From positions 14,012,001 to 14,076,000 of the forward strand of contig NC_043022.1 of the NCBI RefSeq assembly GCF_006345805.1: a stretch of 64,000 nucleotides of DNA, given 5' to 3'. The number at the start of each line of letters is the position of its first letter. Positions within the stretch are counted from its first letter, which is position 1. Position numbers and translations under genes: made by a program. The notes below the pieces were generated by a model. That model made no database searches. It saw nothing but the letters and a program-made list of their open reading frames with translations, and was not told where the DNA came from. The DNA comes from Octopus sinensis. Its lineage: Eukaryota. Shown here one piece after another: positions 1 to 12,200 of this stretch.

Positions 1-601
1 CACCAGCACGGAAGCCAGTCGAGGCGGCACTGGCTTCGGCCACGATTCGGATAGTGCTTTTTACGTACTACCAGTCCAGGGGTCCTGGCATCGGCCGGGT
101 GCCAGTCATAGGATTGGTTCAATTTCAATTCCGATTTCGATTTCGGAATTGAAATTGAACCACTGAACAATTGGACGACTGGCTTCCTTTGTAACAATTT
201 AGAAAGAAGAATGTAGTAAAATAATTTTGGTCATTATTAAACTGGAATTTGGAAAATAAATTAACATGAAATTTTGATGACAGAAGGTTTGAATTCAGAT
301 CATTTTAGAACAGGAAGTTTGGTATTATACAACTAGGGATGGTCATGGACAGACTGGTGTGAAAAGGATTAATATATATCATCCAATCCAGTTGGTAACT
401 TTTCACAGATCACAAGGATATTTAACGCCAGCACTAAACCTTGCTTCCCATGTCATTAAAAAAAATTAGATACGCTTCTTCCTCCGGGAAAGAACATAGT
501 CTTCAGCAGGGTAATTTTCTTAACAGATAATTCAGTACCTACTTTGGTAATGCTACTGGAACTAAGTCCGTGTTTCACTGACTCTTGTGGTAGATTCAAA
601 T

Positions 602-3600
602 TCAAGAGTCGTTGGGAGTAATTGATTCAGCCTCGCTATCTTCATGTTCAGTTGGTTGTCTTCTGACTGTTTGAGATTGTTCAGAGGGTCTGTTATATAT
701 CATCAACTGTTCAGGGTGCCTTGTGTATGTCGCCAAGTGACTCTGGTACCCTGTGTCTGTCTGAAAATGTCCAGATTCTCTCTGCATCTGTTCAGGGTAC
801 CTTGTGTATGTCGCCAAGTGACTCTGGTACCCTGTGTCTGTCTGAAAATGTCCAGATTCTCTCTGCATCTGTTCAGGGTACTTTGTTTGTATTACTGAGT
901 GTCTCTGGTAACCCATGTCTGTCAGAACCTGTCCAGATTCTCTCTGCATCTGTTCAGAGTACCTTGTGTGCATCACCAAGTGACTCTGGTACCCTGTGTC
1001 TGTCTGACACTGTCTAAATTCTCTCTGATCTTTCGGCATCTGTTCAGGGTACTTTGTGTATGTCGCCAAGTGACTCTGGTACCCTGTGTCTGCCTGAAAA
1101 TGTCCAGATTCTCTTTGCATCTGTTCAGAGTACCTTGTGTGTGTTACCGAGTGTCTCTGGTACCCTGTGTCTGTTGGAACTTGTCCAAATTCTCTCTGAT
1201 CTTTCGGCATCAGTTCAGGGTACTTTGTGTATGTCGCCAAGTGACTCTGGTACCCTGTGTCTGTCTGAAAATGTCCAGATTCTCTCTGCATCTGTTCAGG
1301 GTACCTTGTGTATGTCGCCAAGTGACTCTGGTACCCTGTGTCTGTCTGAAAATGTCCAGATTCTCTCTGCATCTGTTCAGGGTACTTTGTTTGTATTACT
1401 GAGTGTCTCTGGTAACCATGTCTGTCAGAACCTGTCCAGATTCTCTCTGCATCTGTTCAGAGTACCTTGTGTGCATCACCAAGTGACTCTGGTACCCTGT
1501 GTCTGTCTGACACTGTCTAAATTCTCTCTGATCTTTCGGCATCTGTTCAGGGTACTTTGTGTATGTCGCCAAGTGACTCTGGTACCTGTGTCTGCCTGAA
1601 AATGTCCAGATTCTCTTTGCATCTGTTCAGAGTACCTTGTGTGTGTTACCGAGTGTCTCTGGTACCCTGTGTCTGTTGGAACTTGTCCAAATTCTCTCTG
1701 ATCTTTCGGCATCAGTTCAGGGTACTTTGTGTATGTCGCCAAGTGACTCTGGTACCCTGTGTCTGCCTGAAAATGTCCAGATTCTCTTTGCATCTGTTCA
1801 GAGTACCTTGTGTGTGTTACCGAGTGTCTCTGGTACCCTGTGTCTGTTGGAACTTGTCCAAATTCTCTCTGATCTTTCGGCATCTGTTCAGGGTACTTTG
1901 TGTATGTCGCCAAGTGACTCTGGTACCCTGTGTCTGCCTGAAAATGTCCAGATTCTCTTTGCATCTGTTCAGTGTACCTTGTGTGTGTTACCGAGTGTCT
2001 CTGGTACTCCGTGTCTGTTGGAACTTGTCCAAATTCTCTCTGACCTTTCGGCATCTGATCAGAGTACTTTGTGCAGGTCACCAAGTGTCTCTGGTTCTTT
2101 GTATCTGTCAGAACCTGTCCAAATTCTCTCTGATCTCTTAGCATCTGTTCAGGGCACCTTGTATCTTTTTGAAACAATTCTGAGTTTTCCTGATACCTCA
2201 GCAACTGCTCAGGGCCTTTACTGCCTGTCATAAACTGATAGCAATTTGTGCTTTTCGGAAACACTCTGGAGTCTTCCTGATGCCTCAAGTGCTCAGGGCC
2301 TTTACTGCCTGTCATAAACTGATAGCAATTTGTGCTTTTCGGAAACACTCTGGAGTCTTTCTGATGCCTCTTCAAGAGCTCAGGGACTTCCTCCTCTGTC
2401 ATAAACTGCTCATAGCACTTTGTGGAAGTCTGAGACAACCCAGAGTCTCTTTGGTCACTCTGTGATTGCTCAGAGTGTTTCTTGTCTGTTTGAAATAGTT
2501 CATCATGTTGGCAAGCTCCTCTACTGCTGAGCGAATCTGCACTTCCAAGCCATGTTCTATCATTTTCTGAAGAGCCTGACTTCCCAAACTTGTCAGGGAA
2601 CCAAGAGCAAGCGGAAGAAGAATAACCTCTCCCTGTTTGTAAAGAAGTTGACAAATCAGAGTTACTGCAAAATAAGGAATCATCAAATGTTTCATCAGGA
2701 CTTGGAGTGGGATTCCTTTTTACCAAAGCCCCAAACCCAGCAGAGGGGGTGTCACTAAGGTTTGTAACAGGCACGTCATTATGATCCCTGTCGCCCATTG
2801 TCCGACTAGGGAGACCTGAGTTGCTATTCAGACGCCTTAGCAGCTTCAAGGGATCTGGGGCCTGATGTTTAATAGGGGATTTCTTATCGTTCATACTGCA
2901 CTGCCGAACATAATCCCTAACAGGATCAAAAACTGTTCCTAAACTCCTTAAAGTTTCTTTTAAGGCATCTAGTTGCAGTGTTGTATCATAACCATTTTCT
3001 TCAATGTTTTTAAGCAACAATGTACATGTGGGTTTTACCCTTGTAAAAGAACTTTCACGTGTATCAAAATGCAGAGGATCAACAAGGCTTCCTTCTGATT
3101 TCCTTTCCATTGGATTACATAAAACTGAACTGAAATTCTCTCCATTTTTAGCCTGTCTTTTAGAAAAACTTTGAAATGTCAGGCTTCCAAGAAGTGAGAC
3201 ATTGGGCAACGTTGTATCTTGTCTTAAACAATCTTCTTCTCGCTGACTTGAAGACGTGAATGTCTGATTCACCGGATCTGAAGAAGGGAAAATGCTTTCT
3301 CCTCTGTCTTCAGTTAAAGACACTGAATTCAAAAGTAAACTTAACTTGGGCATGTTTCTGTCATGTTCGTAATTATCTGTGTCGGAAGCAATGTTTCTGA
3401 ATTCATTCAAACGAGCAGTATAATACTGGGATCTTGACAGTTGGTATTCAGGTGAAGAAGGAGGCAATCCATAGGGGGCTGAATGCTCTGTGGAAACATT
3501 CTGTGAATTAATATTGCAAAGACTTTCCACATAAATTTCTTCCTTGGTCATTTTAAACTTAATGACTTCTTTACAAGCGAGACAAGTGAAAGGTAAGCTC

Positions 3601-3764
3601 AGCAAATCGTGCCGAAATGGAAGGTTTCTTTTTAGATTATTCTCAATTTTGATATACCAATGGTAGAGTTCTTTGTAGTCCGTTCGTACTCCATTGCTAA
3701 TTGAATGGAAATGGTGCAGCCTCAGCAACTCGGAATGCAGTTTGGTTAAGTATTCTTGACATTT
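602..3764 (-). CDS. Coding exon 10: helical segment, Ser-rich linker and coding tandem repeat; ends at TGA 604-602
   Basis: Acceptor ttttcttatccag|AAA TGT. ORFs 1476..3911 and 602..1372 become one frame if one C is restored at 1585-1586 and one at 1416-1417. Confidence 0.85.
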
Positions 3765-6700
3765 CTGGATAAGAAAAAATATAACAGGCCTTAAATGAGG
3801 AGAAAAATAGGGGTTAGTGATATTTATGATGATGGTGGCGGTGGTGGTGGTGGTGGTGGTAGTGGTGATGATGATGATGTTGGTGGTGGCAGCCGTGATG
3901 ACAACAAACAAAATATGATGGTAAAGATAATGGCAGTGATGACGAAGATCGAGGTGGTAGGAGGGGTGATGGATAATGGTGGTGGTGATGGTGAGAGTGA
4001 ATTTTAGGGCTTATGAATCTAAAATTTTATCTTCTCTTAAGATCATCATCATCATCATCGTTTAACGTCCGTTCTCCATGCTAGCATGGGTTGGACGGTT
4101 CGACCGGGGATCTGGGAAGCCAGGAGGCTGCACCAGACTCCAGTCTTATCTGGCAATGTTTCTACAGCTGGATGCCCTTCCTAACGCCAACCACTCTGTG
4201 AGTGTAGTGGGTGCTTTTTTACGTGCCACCCGCGCAGGTGCCAGGCGAGGCTGGCAATGGCCACGGTCGGATTGGTGCATTTTACGTGCCACTGGCATGG
4301 AAGCCAGTCGGGGCGGCACTGGCTTCGGCCACGATTCGGATGGTCCTTTTTACATGCCACCAGCACGGAAGCCAGTCGAGGCGGCGCTGGCATCGGCCAC
4401 GATTCGGATAGTGCTTTTTACGTACCACCAGTCCAGGGGTCCTGGCATCTGCTGGGTGCCAGTCATAGGATTGGTTCAATTTCGATTCCGATTCCGATTT
4501 CACTTGCCCCAACATGGGTGCCTGTCGTCGGATGAGGTTCGATATCGACTTCGCTTGCCTCAACAGGTCTTAGTGTGTCCAAGGGAGGAAAGGCATGCAT
4601 AAGATATTTGACTAAATACTACATTATTTTCAAAATAAAGTGAAACAAACACAATATATTTTAGGGTAACAAAAGAGTTAAAGTGATCCATACTAAAAGC
4701 TTCCATTAAAACTCCCACGTTAATTAATGTTCTAAATACCAGCTTAATAATGACCAAGTTATTTCAGTAAATTCTTCCTTATTTTCAAAATTAATTGAAA
4801 CAAAGGCTTTTATAATTTTATTCTTTTACTTGTTTCGGTCATTTGAATGTGGCCATGCTGGAGCACCGCCTCAAAGGGCTTTTTTAGTCAAACAAATCCA
4901 CCTCGGGACTTGTTTTTATTTTTTTTTAAAGCGAGTACTTATTCTATTGGTCTCGTTTGCCAAATTGCTAAGTTACGGGGATGTAAACACACCAACACCA
5001 GTTATCAAGCAGTGATGGGGTGAGGGTAAAGACAAACACAAAGACACACACACATATACAACAGGCTTCTTGCAGTTTCCACCTACCAAATCCACTCACA
5101 AGGCTTTGGTTGGCCTGAGGCTATGGTAGAGGACACTTGCCCAAGGTGGGACTGAACTTGGAACTTTGTGGTTGGGAAGCTGTTAATGTTTATATCTGCT
5201 TCTAAGACACCAATTTTGCAGGCCCAAGTCTAAATTAAATCCTTCACACATGTGGATCAAACGACTTCAAATCCCTAGCAAAAGTAGACCCCCATTTCAC
5301 CTAGAGGTGAGGAACACATTTGGCCACAGAATAAATATCTATTTCTTTACTACCCACAAGAGGCTAAACACAGAGAGGACAAACAAGGACAGACAAATGT
5401 ATTAAGTCGATTACATCGACCCCCAGTTCATAACTGGTACTTAATTTTTCATTTAAGGGCTGGTATTTATTATTACATTTGGACACTCTTATTTCTTTAC
5501 TACCCAGAAGGGGCTAAACACAGAGAGGGGACAAACAAGGACAGACAAACGGATTAAGTCGATTACATCGACCCCAGTGCGTAACTGGTACTTCATTTTT
5601 CATTTAAGGGCTGGTATTTATTATTACATTGGACACTCTTATTTCTTTACTACCCACAAGGGGCTAAACACAGAGAGGGGACAAACAAGGACAGACAAAC
5701 GGATTAAGTCGATTATATTGACCCCAGTGCGTAACTGGTACTTATTTAATCAACCCCAAAAGGATGAAAGGCAAAGTTGACCACGGCGGAATTTGAACTC
5801 AGAACGTAGCGGCAGACGAAATACCGCTAAGCATTTTGCCCGGCCTGCTAACGTTGCTGCCAGCTCGCCGCCTTTTGGCCACAGAATAAATATCATCAAT
5901 TGCTTACCTGTCGGTTACCTATGTTCAGTCTGACAAGATGCTCAAGGGTACAGCTGACAGCTTCACTCTGTGGACAGAGCGACAAATACCTGTCCTTGTT
6001 CACCAAAGCCTCCAACAGGACCCTCTCTGCTTCTGATTTATCACCTACTAAATGCAAGCAGTGCGCCAGCCAAATCTTCACCTCTGCATTGACATAGTGG
6101 TTTGGATGCACCTGGTTGTACAAACTGTTGGCTTCGCAGAGGAATGGAAGAGCCTCCTCACAGCAGCCTCTGCAATATGGACAGGTGAAACTTACAGTTA
6201 ATTATTACATCATCATCATCTTTTAACGTCCGTTCTCCATGCTAGCATGGGTTGGACGGTTTGGCCGGGGTCGGGGAAGCCAGGAGGCCTCACCAGGCTC
6301 CACTCTGATCTGGCAGTGTTTCTACAGCTGGATGTCCTTCCTAACGCCAACCACTCCGTGAGTGTAGTGGGTACTTTTTATGTGCCACCAGCACAGGGGC
6401 CAGAGCACGCTGACAAACAGCCATGATCGGTTGGTACTTCTATGTGCCACCAGCACAGGGGCCAGAGTACGCTGACAAACAGCCATGATCGGTTGGTACT
6501 TTTATGTGCCACCAGCACAGGGGCTAGAGCATGCTGACAAACAGCTATGATTGGTTGGTACTTTTATGTGCCACCAGCACAGGGGCCAGAGTACGCTGAC
6601 AAACAGCCATGATCGGTTGGTACTTTTATGTGCCACCAGCACAGGGGCCAGAGCACGCTGACAAACAGCCATGATCGGTTGGTACTTCTATGTGCCACCA

Positions 6701-8414
6701 GCACAGGGGCCAGAGTACGCTGACAAACAGCCATGATCGGTTGGTACTTTTATGTGCCACCAGCACAGGGGCCAGAGCATGCTGACAAACAGCTATGATT
6801 GGTTGGTACTTTTATGTGCCACCAGCACAGGGGCCAGAGTACGCTGACAAACAGCCATGATCGGTTGGTACTTTTATGTGCCACCAGCACAGGGGCCAGA
6901 GCACGCTGACAAACAGCCATGATCGGTTGGTACTTCTATGTGCCACCAGCACAGGGGCCAGAGTACGCTGAGAAACAGCTATGATCGGTTGGTACTTCTA
7001 TGTGCCACCAGCACAGGGGCCAGAGTACGCTGACAAACAGCTATGATTGGTTGGTACTTTTATGTGCCACCAGCACAGGGGCCAGAGTACGCTGACAAAC
7101 AGCCATGATCGGTTGGTACTTTTATGTGCCACCAGCACAGGGGCCAGAGCACGCTGACAAACAGCCATGATCGGTTGGTACTTCTATGTGCCACCAGCAC
7201 AGGGGCCAGAGTACGCTGAGAAACAGCCATGATTGGTTGGTACTTTTATGTGCCACCAGCACAGGGGCCAGAGCACGCTGACAAACAGCCATGATCGGTT
7301 GGTACTTCTATGTGCCACCAGCACAGGGGCCAGAGTACGCTGAGAAACAGCCATGATTGGTTGGTACTTTTATGTGCCACCAGCACAGGGGCCAGAGCAC
7401 GCTGACAAACAGCCATGATCGGTTGGTACTTCTATGTGCCACCAGCACAGGGGCCAGAGTACGCTGAGAAACAGCTATGATTGGTTGGTACTTTTATGTG
7501 CCACCAGCACAGGGGCCAGAGCACGCTGACAAACAGCCATGATCGGTTGGTACTTCTATGTGCCACCAGCACAGGGGCCAGAGTACGCTGAGAAACAGCT
7601 ATGATCGGTTGGTACTTTTATGTGCCACCAGCACAGGGGCCAGAGCATGCTGGCAAAAGGCCACGTTCGGATGGTGCTTTTTACGTGTCACCAGCACGAT
7701 TTACATTGTTCGTTATTAATTTTGACACAAGGCCAGCAATTTCAGGGGATGGGGTAAGTCAAGTGCATTGTTCAACTGGTACTTATTTCATTGACCTCGG
7801 AAAGGATGAAAGGCAAAGTGGACCTTAACGGAATTTGACCTCAGAATGTAAAGACAGACAAAATAATAATAAAACAACAACAACAATAATAATGATGTTC
7901 AGGGACCTTTCGAGTGGGATGGGTTACTTGACCAGAAGAAAATTCTAACTGGGTCCCACCTGCAAGGTCACGCTCTGTTTATCTTGATATGAGACCACCA
8001 TGTCTCGCACGTATGGTTGTGATGTATGTGCCTGGTGTACCCTTATCAGACGGGTAGTCATGATGGGTATACTGGGCTTTGTATATTTTACCCCAGTGTC
8101 ACTTTGATGGCATGAACTGCTCTCTCACTCAATAATAATAATAATAATAATAATAACAACAACAACAACAATGGTTTAAAATTTTGCCAGAAGGGCAGCA
8201 GTTTTGGGGGAGAGGGTGAGTCAATTACATCAACCCCAGTGTTCAACTGGTACTTATTTTATTGACCCCGAAAGGGTGAAAGGCAAAGTCAACCTCAGTG
8301 GAGTTTGAACTCAGAATGTGAAAACAGATACAACACTGCTAAAGGGAATCTAGCACCCCAACTCAGCAGGTTAACGATTCTTCCAGCTTGCCACCTTAGG
8401 TGGTAATAATAATA

Positions 8415-8445
<31 letters not shown>

Positions 8446-8450
8446 TAATG

Positions 8451-8530
<80 letters not shown>

Positions 8531-9187
8531 CCTTTCTATTTTAGGCACAAGGCCTGAAATTTGGGGAAGGGGAATAGTCGATTACATTGATACCAGTGTT
8601 TTACTGGTACTTAATTTATTGACCCTGAAAGGATGAAAGGCAAAGCTGGCCTTGGTGGAATTTGAACTCGGGATGTGAAGATGGACACAATGCCACTAAG
8701 TATTTTGACTGGCAGGTTAACGATTCTGCCAGCTTGCCACTGTCTACAGAGTTTTAATATTGTTTTCACTTCCCAAGTTCTCTCCCAAGGTATTAGTTAG
8801 CCCAGGGCTATAGCAGAAGACACTTGCCCAGGGTACTACACAATGGGGTTGAACCTGGAACCATGTGGTTGGGAAGCAATCTTCTTACCAAACAGCCACA
8901 TCCTCATAACCACACACAAATATACACACATGCACATATAAACATATATATACACACACATACATATAAACATATATATATAGACATACATACACATAAG
9001 CACACGCACACACACATATATATACACACTCGCACATATACATACATGGACATATAAACATATACACACACACATACATGCACATATAAATACATACACA
9101 AGCACACATAAATATATATACACACACACATATATATATATACACTCACACACATATACATACACACATGCACATATAAACATATAC

Positions 9188-9222
<35 letters not shown>

Positions 9223-12200
9223 CACTCACACACATAAACATAGATACATGCACATGTAAACCTACACACACACACACACGTGCAACATACCACACAGCCA
9301 CAGAAACGAAGATTGCTGACTCGTTCATCGAGCATCTTTCACCCCCCAGCAGCAGCATCAACAGAATCTACACGCAGGGACTCCAAACGAGGTAAAACAA
9401 ACAACCCACGAACACACAAACAATACATGAAAAAAATTTTACGTAATATAATCCAGTGACCTCTTAACAACATTTGCAACTTAGGACGAGGTCGACTTTG
9501 CCTTTCATTCTTTCGGGGTCGATAAATTAAGTACCAGTTGCGTATAGGGGTCAATCTAATCGACTGGCCCTCTCTCCCAAAATTTCGCGCCTTGTGCTTG
9601 GTGTAAAGAATTACTGTTATATACAGACAGAATTAAATGTTTAAATAAAGATAAAATATATTTTAAAAAATCAAAAATTATTTACCTATAGAGATTAATA
9701 AATAAGCCAGAGTTATTCACGAATTTGATTTGGAACCACCACAGAGGAAATTTTTATAGAATAAAATATTTACAGCTTACAAAAATTACTTCAAGACAAT
9801 TAGAGACAGTCTATACGTTTATGTGATTGGAAATGACTTTTTAGTTCAGCTAAATATTTATAAATTTTTCCATAGATTTATATTATGTAACTGGAAATTT
9901 TTGAGTTCAGCTAGAGACTTGTAGATTTTGACATACATAGTTTTAGGCCATGTAACTGGAAATGACTTTTTAGTTCAGCTAAATATTTATAAATTTTTCC
10001 ATAGATTTATATTATGTAACTGGAAGATTTTGAGTTCAGCTAGAGACTTGTAAATTGTGACATACATAGTTTTATGCCATGTAACTGGAGATGACTTTTA
10101 GCTCAGCTACAGACTTACAAATTTTTTTTATATTTGTGCCACAAAAACACTGAATTTACTTGTGAAAGCTGACACATTTTTGTGCGAGCAACTCAACCCA
10201 TATTTACTTTTGCTGATCATGTTATAAACAGAGTGAAATAGTTTGATAGAGAGTAAGTGTAACTGGAGAGAGTAGGGAAGGGCTAAATAAGTGCTTCTCT
10301 TTGTGACTAACTCTCTAGCTTGGGAGAGACAAATGAGGTTATAAGCATCACAAACATGGAGGCAAAGATCGTCGGCCACAAGCAAACACTTTCTTGCCTC
10401 TCTTTTTGTCACTGCATATTTCTGCTTGATATCTTCAAATAAAGCAGCACCTTTGTAGTAAAAATTATTTGCCAACATAACATGGCAGTCCTGGTTTAGG
10501 ACGAATGTTGCTGTAATTTAGCCCCAGGAGACATTGTCTCCAGTTGGCTATATGACACGATCTGTCATCATCATCATCATCATCGTTTAATGTCTGCTTT
10601 CCATGCTGGCATGGGTTGGACGATTTTGACTGAGGGCTGGCGAACCAGATGGCTGCATCAGGCTCCAATCTTGATCTGGCAAAGTTTCTACAGCTCAATG
10701 CCCTTCCTAACGCCAACCACTCTGAGAGTGTAGTGGGTGCTTTTACGTGCCACCGGCACAGGGGCCAGTCAGACAGTACAGGCGGCGAGCTGGCAGAAAC
10801 ATTAGCACGCCGGGCGAAATGCTAAGCGGTATTTCGTCTTCAGCTATGTTCTGACATCAAATTCCGCCGAGGTCGACTTTGCCTTTCATCCTTTCAGGGT
10901 CGATAAATTAAGTACCAGTTACGCACTGGGGTCGGTATAATCGACTTAATCCGTTTGTCTGTCCTTGTTTGTCCCCTCTGTATTTAGCCCCTTGTGGGTA
11001 GTAAAGAAATAGGTACTGGCAATGACCTCGCTCGAATCTTTTTACACATGCCGCTGGCACAGGTGCCAGTAAGGTGACGTTGGTAATGATCATGCTCGAA
11101 TGGTGCCCTTTTACGTGTCCTTATATTTTCGAACAAGGGAATCTAGCACCCAAACTCAGCTCAAAACAATATCTGTGTATCGCAATTTCTGGGTTATTTC
11201 CCTTCAGCAGCACAGAATAATTGTTCGGCTAGAGGTGACGCTGCCAAGTTCCTGTTCGAAATATATAGTTTTCAAAGTGACAACCAGTCACTGATCCCTC
11301 TTTCCCTCTTTCGGAGAGGCACTGAGCAGCTAAACGCACATATACACACACGGCAGCAACTTCCACCTACCAAATTCAATCACAAAGCTCCGGTCGGCTC
11401 AGGGCTATAGTAGAAGACACGTGCCCAAAGTGCCATGCAGTGGGACTGAACCCGAAACCATGTAGCTAGGAAGCAAGCTCCCTAACCACACAGCCATGCC
11501 CGTTGTGAGATTTACAAATAGTAATTTTCTGAAACAGCACCTTTTCGGATTTTACTCCATTTTTGCTGATTCGTTGCATGTAAACTCTCCCAGTTTATAT
11601 GCATCATTTCAAAGTTCTTTAGAAAGCTACTTTCCCAATCTTTAAAACATATATTTTGGTTTACACCGAGACCCCAGTATGAAGAAGAAGAAGAAGGTGG
11701 CAAAATCCATTGAGACTCTTGCTAACAGAATTTGGATCTTTTCGGTTTGAACGGCAGTTTTTTCTAGCGGTGTCATATGAAATTGTCACCCATAATTATG
11801 ACCCCAGTATCGATCTATTGCATTTCAATCTGGGTTAGGGTTAGGGGTGGGGGAAGGGTATCTTTTTTTCTTCGCAAATGTAAATACACCCAATCTGTTT
11901 CTTAAACGAGGAACATATTCATACGGCACAGAATGTTTTTAACCTCAATAGATGTCAGTGATTGGTTGAAATTGCAGAAAAATAAAACAACAAATATCTT
12001 ACAAACTATAGAATTTTCTCAATAAAGCCAAGAGAAAAAGATGTTTTATAAACACATTCTACCAGTATACGAAGTTTAACATTTTTTAGTTACCTAGAAA
12101 TTATGTTAAAAACTGCCGTTCAAACCGAAAAGATCCCAGAATTTTTATCTTGTACACCAATAACAAATACTGTCATTACAACAAACAACAAAAATGTTGA

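Noticed and set aside
700-2140. Reflectin-like look of the repeat (YPE..., D[TM]GYQ)
   Set aside because: Lacks the periodic M/F-D-x5-M-D motif and Trp/Met richness of reflectins; resemblance limited to 3-4 residues.
700-2140. CRISPR-like or alpha-satellite-like (171-bp) array
   Set aside because: No unique spacers or cas genes; the 171-nt period is simply 57 codons.
700-2140. RHIM motif in the tail
   Set aside because: No (I/V)Q(I/V/L)G core found; GQV and GYQ do not match.
644-2233. Plus-strand ORFs (84-198 aa) rich in C/V/L/S over the coding repeat
   Set aside because: Antisense shadows of a stop-free tandem repeat; the minus frame is the one joined to spliced exons.
3795-3911. N-terminal 49 aa of the 811-aa ORF (MFVVITAATT...)
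   Set aside because: Intronic microsatellite upstream of the acceptor at 3765.
5908-5919. Alternative donor TAG|GTAACC at 5918
   Set aside because: Phase 1 does not match the phase-0 acceptor of exon 10 and is weaker than CAG|GTAAGC.
8400-9361. Poly-I, Y/I/C/V-rich and H/T-rich ORFs (also 12940, 29111, 32347-33519, 34133-34713, 42525, 46741-47378)
   Set aside because: Translations of (AAT)n, (CA/TA)n, (GA)n and (GAA)n simple repeats.
11110-11255. Possible phase-2 exon NLAASPLAEQLFCAAEGK
   Set aside because: Hits a stop with no donor; exon 8 joins exon 9 cleanly without it.
11832-11850. Interstitial telomere (TTAGGG)
   Set aside because: Only about 2 units, internal to a MITE.
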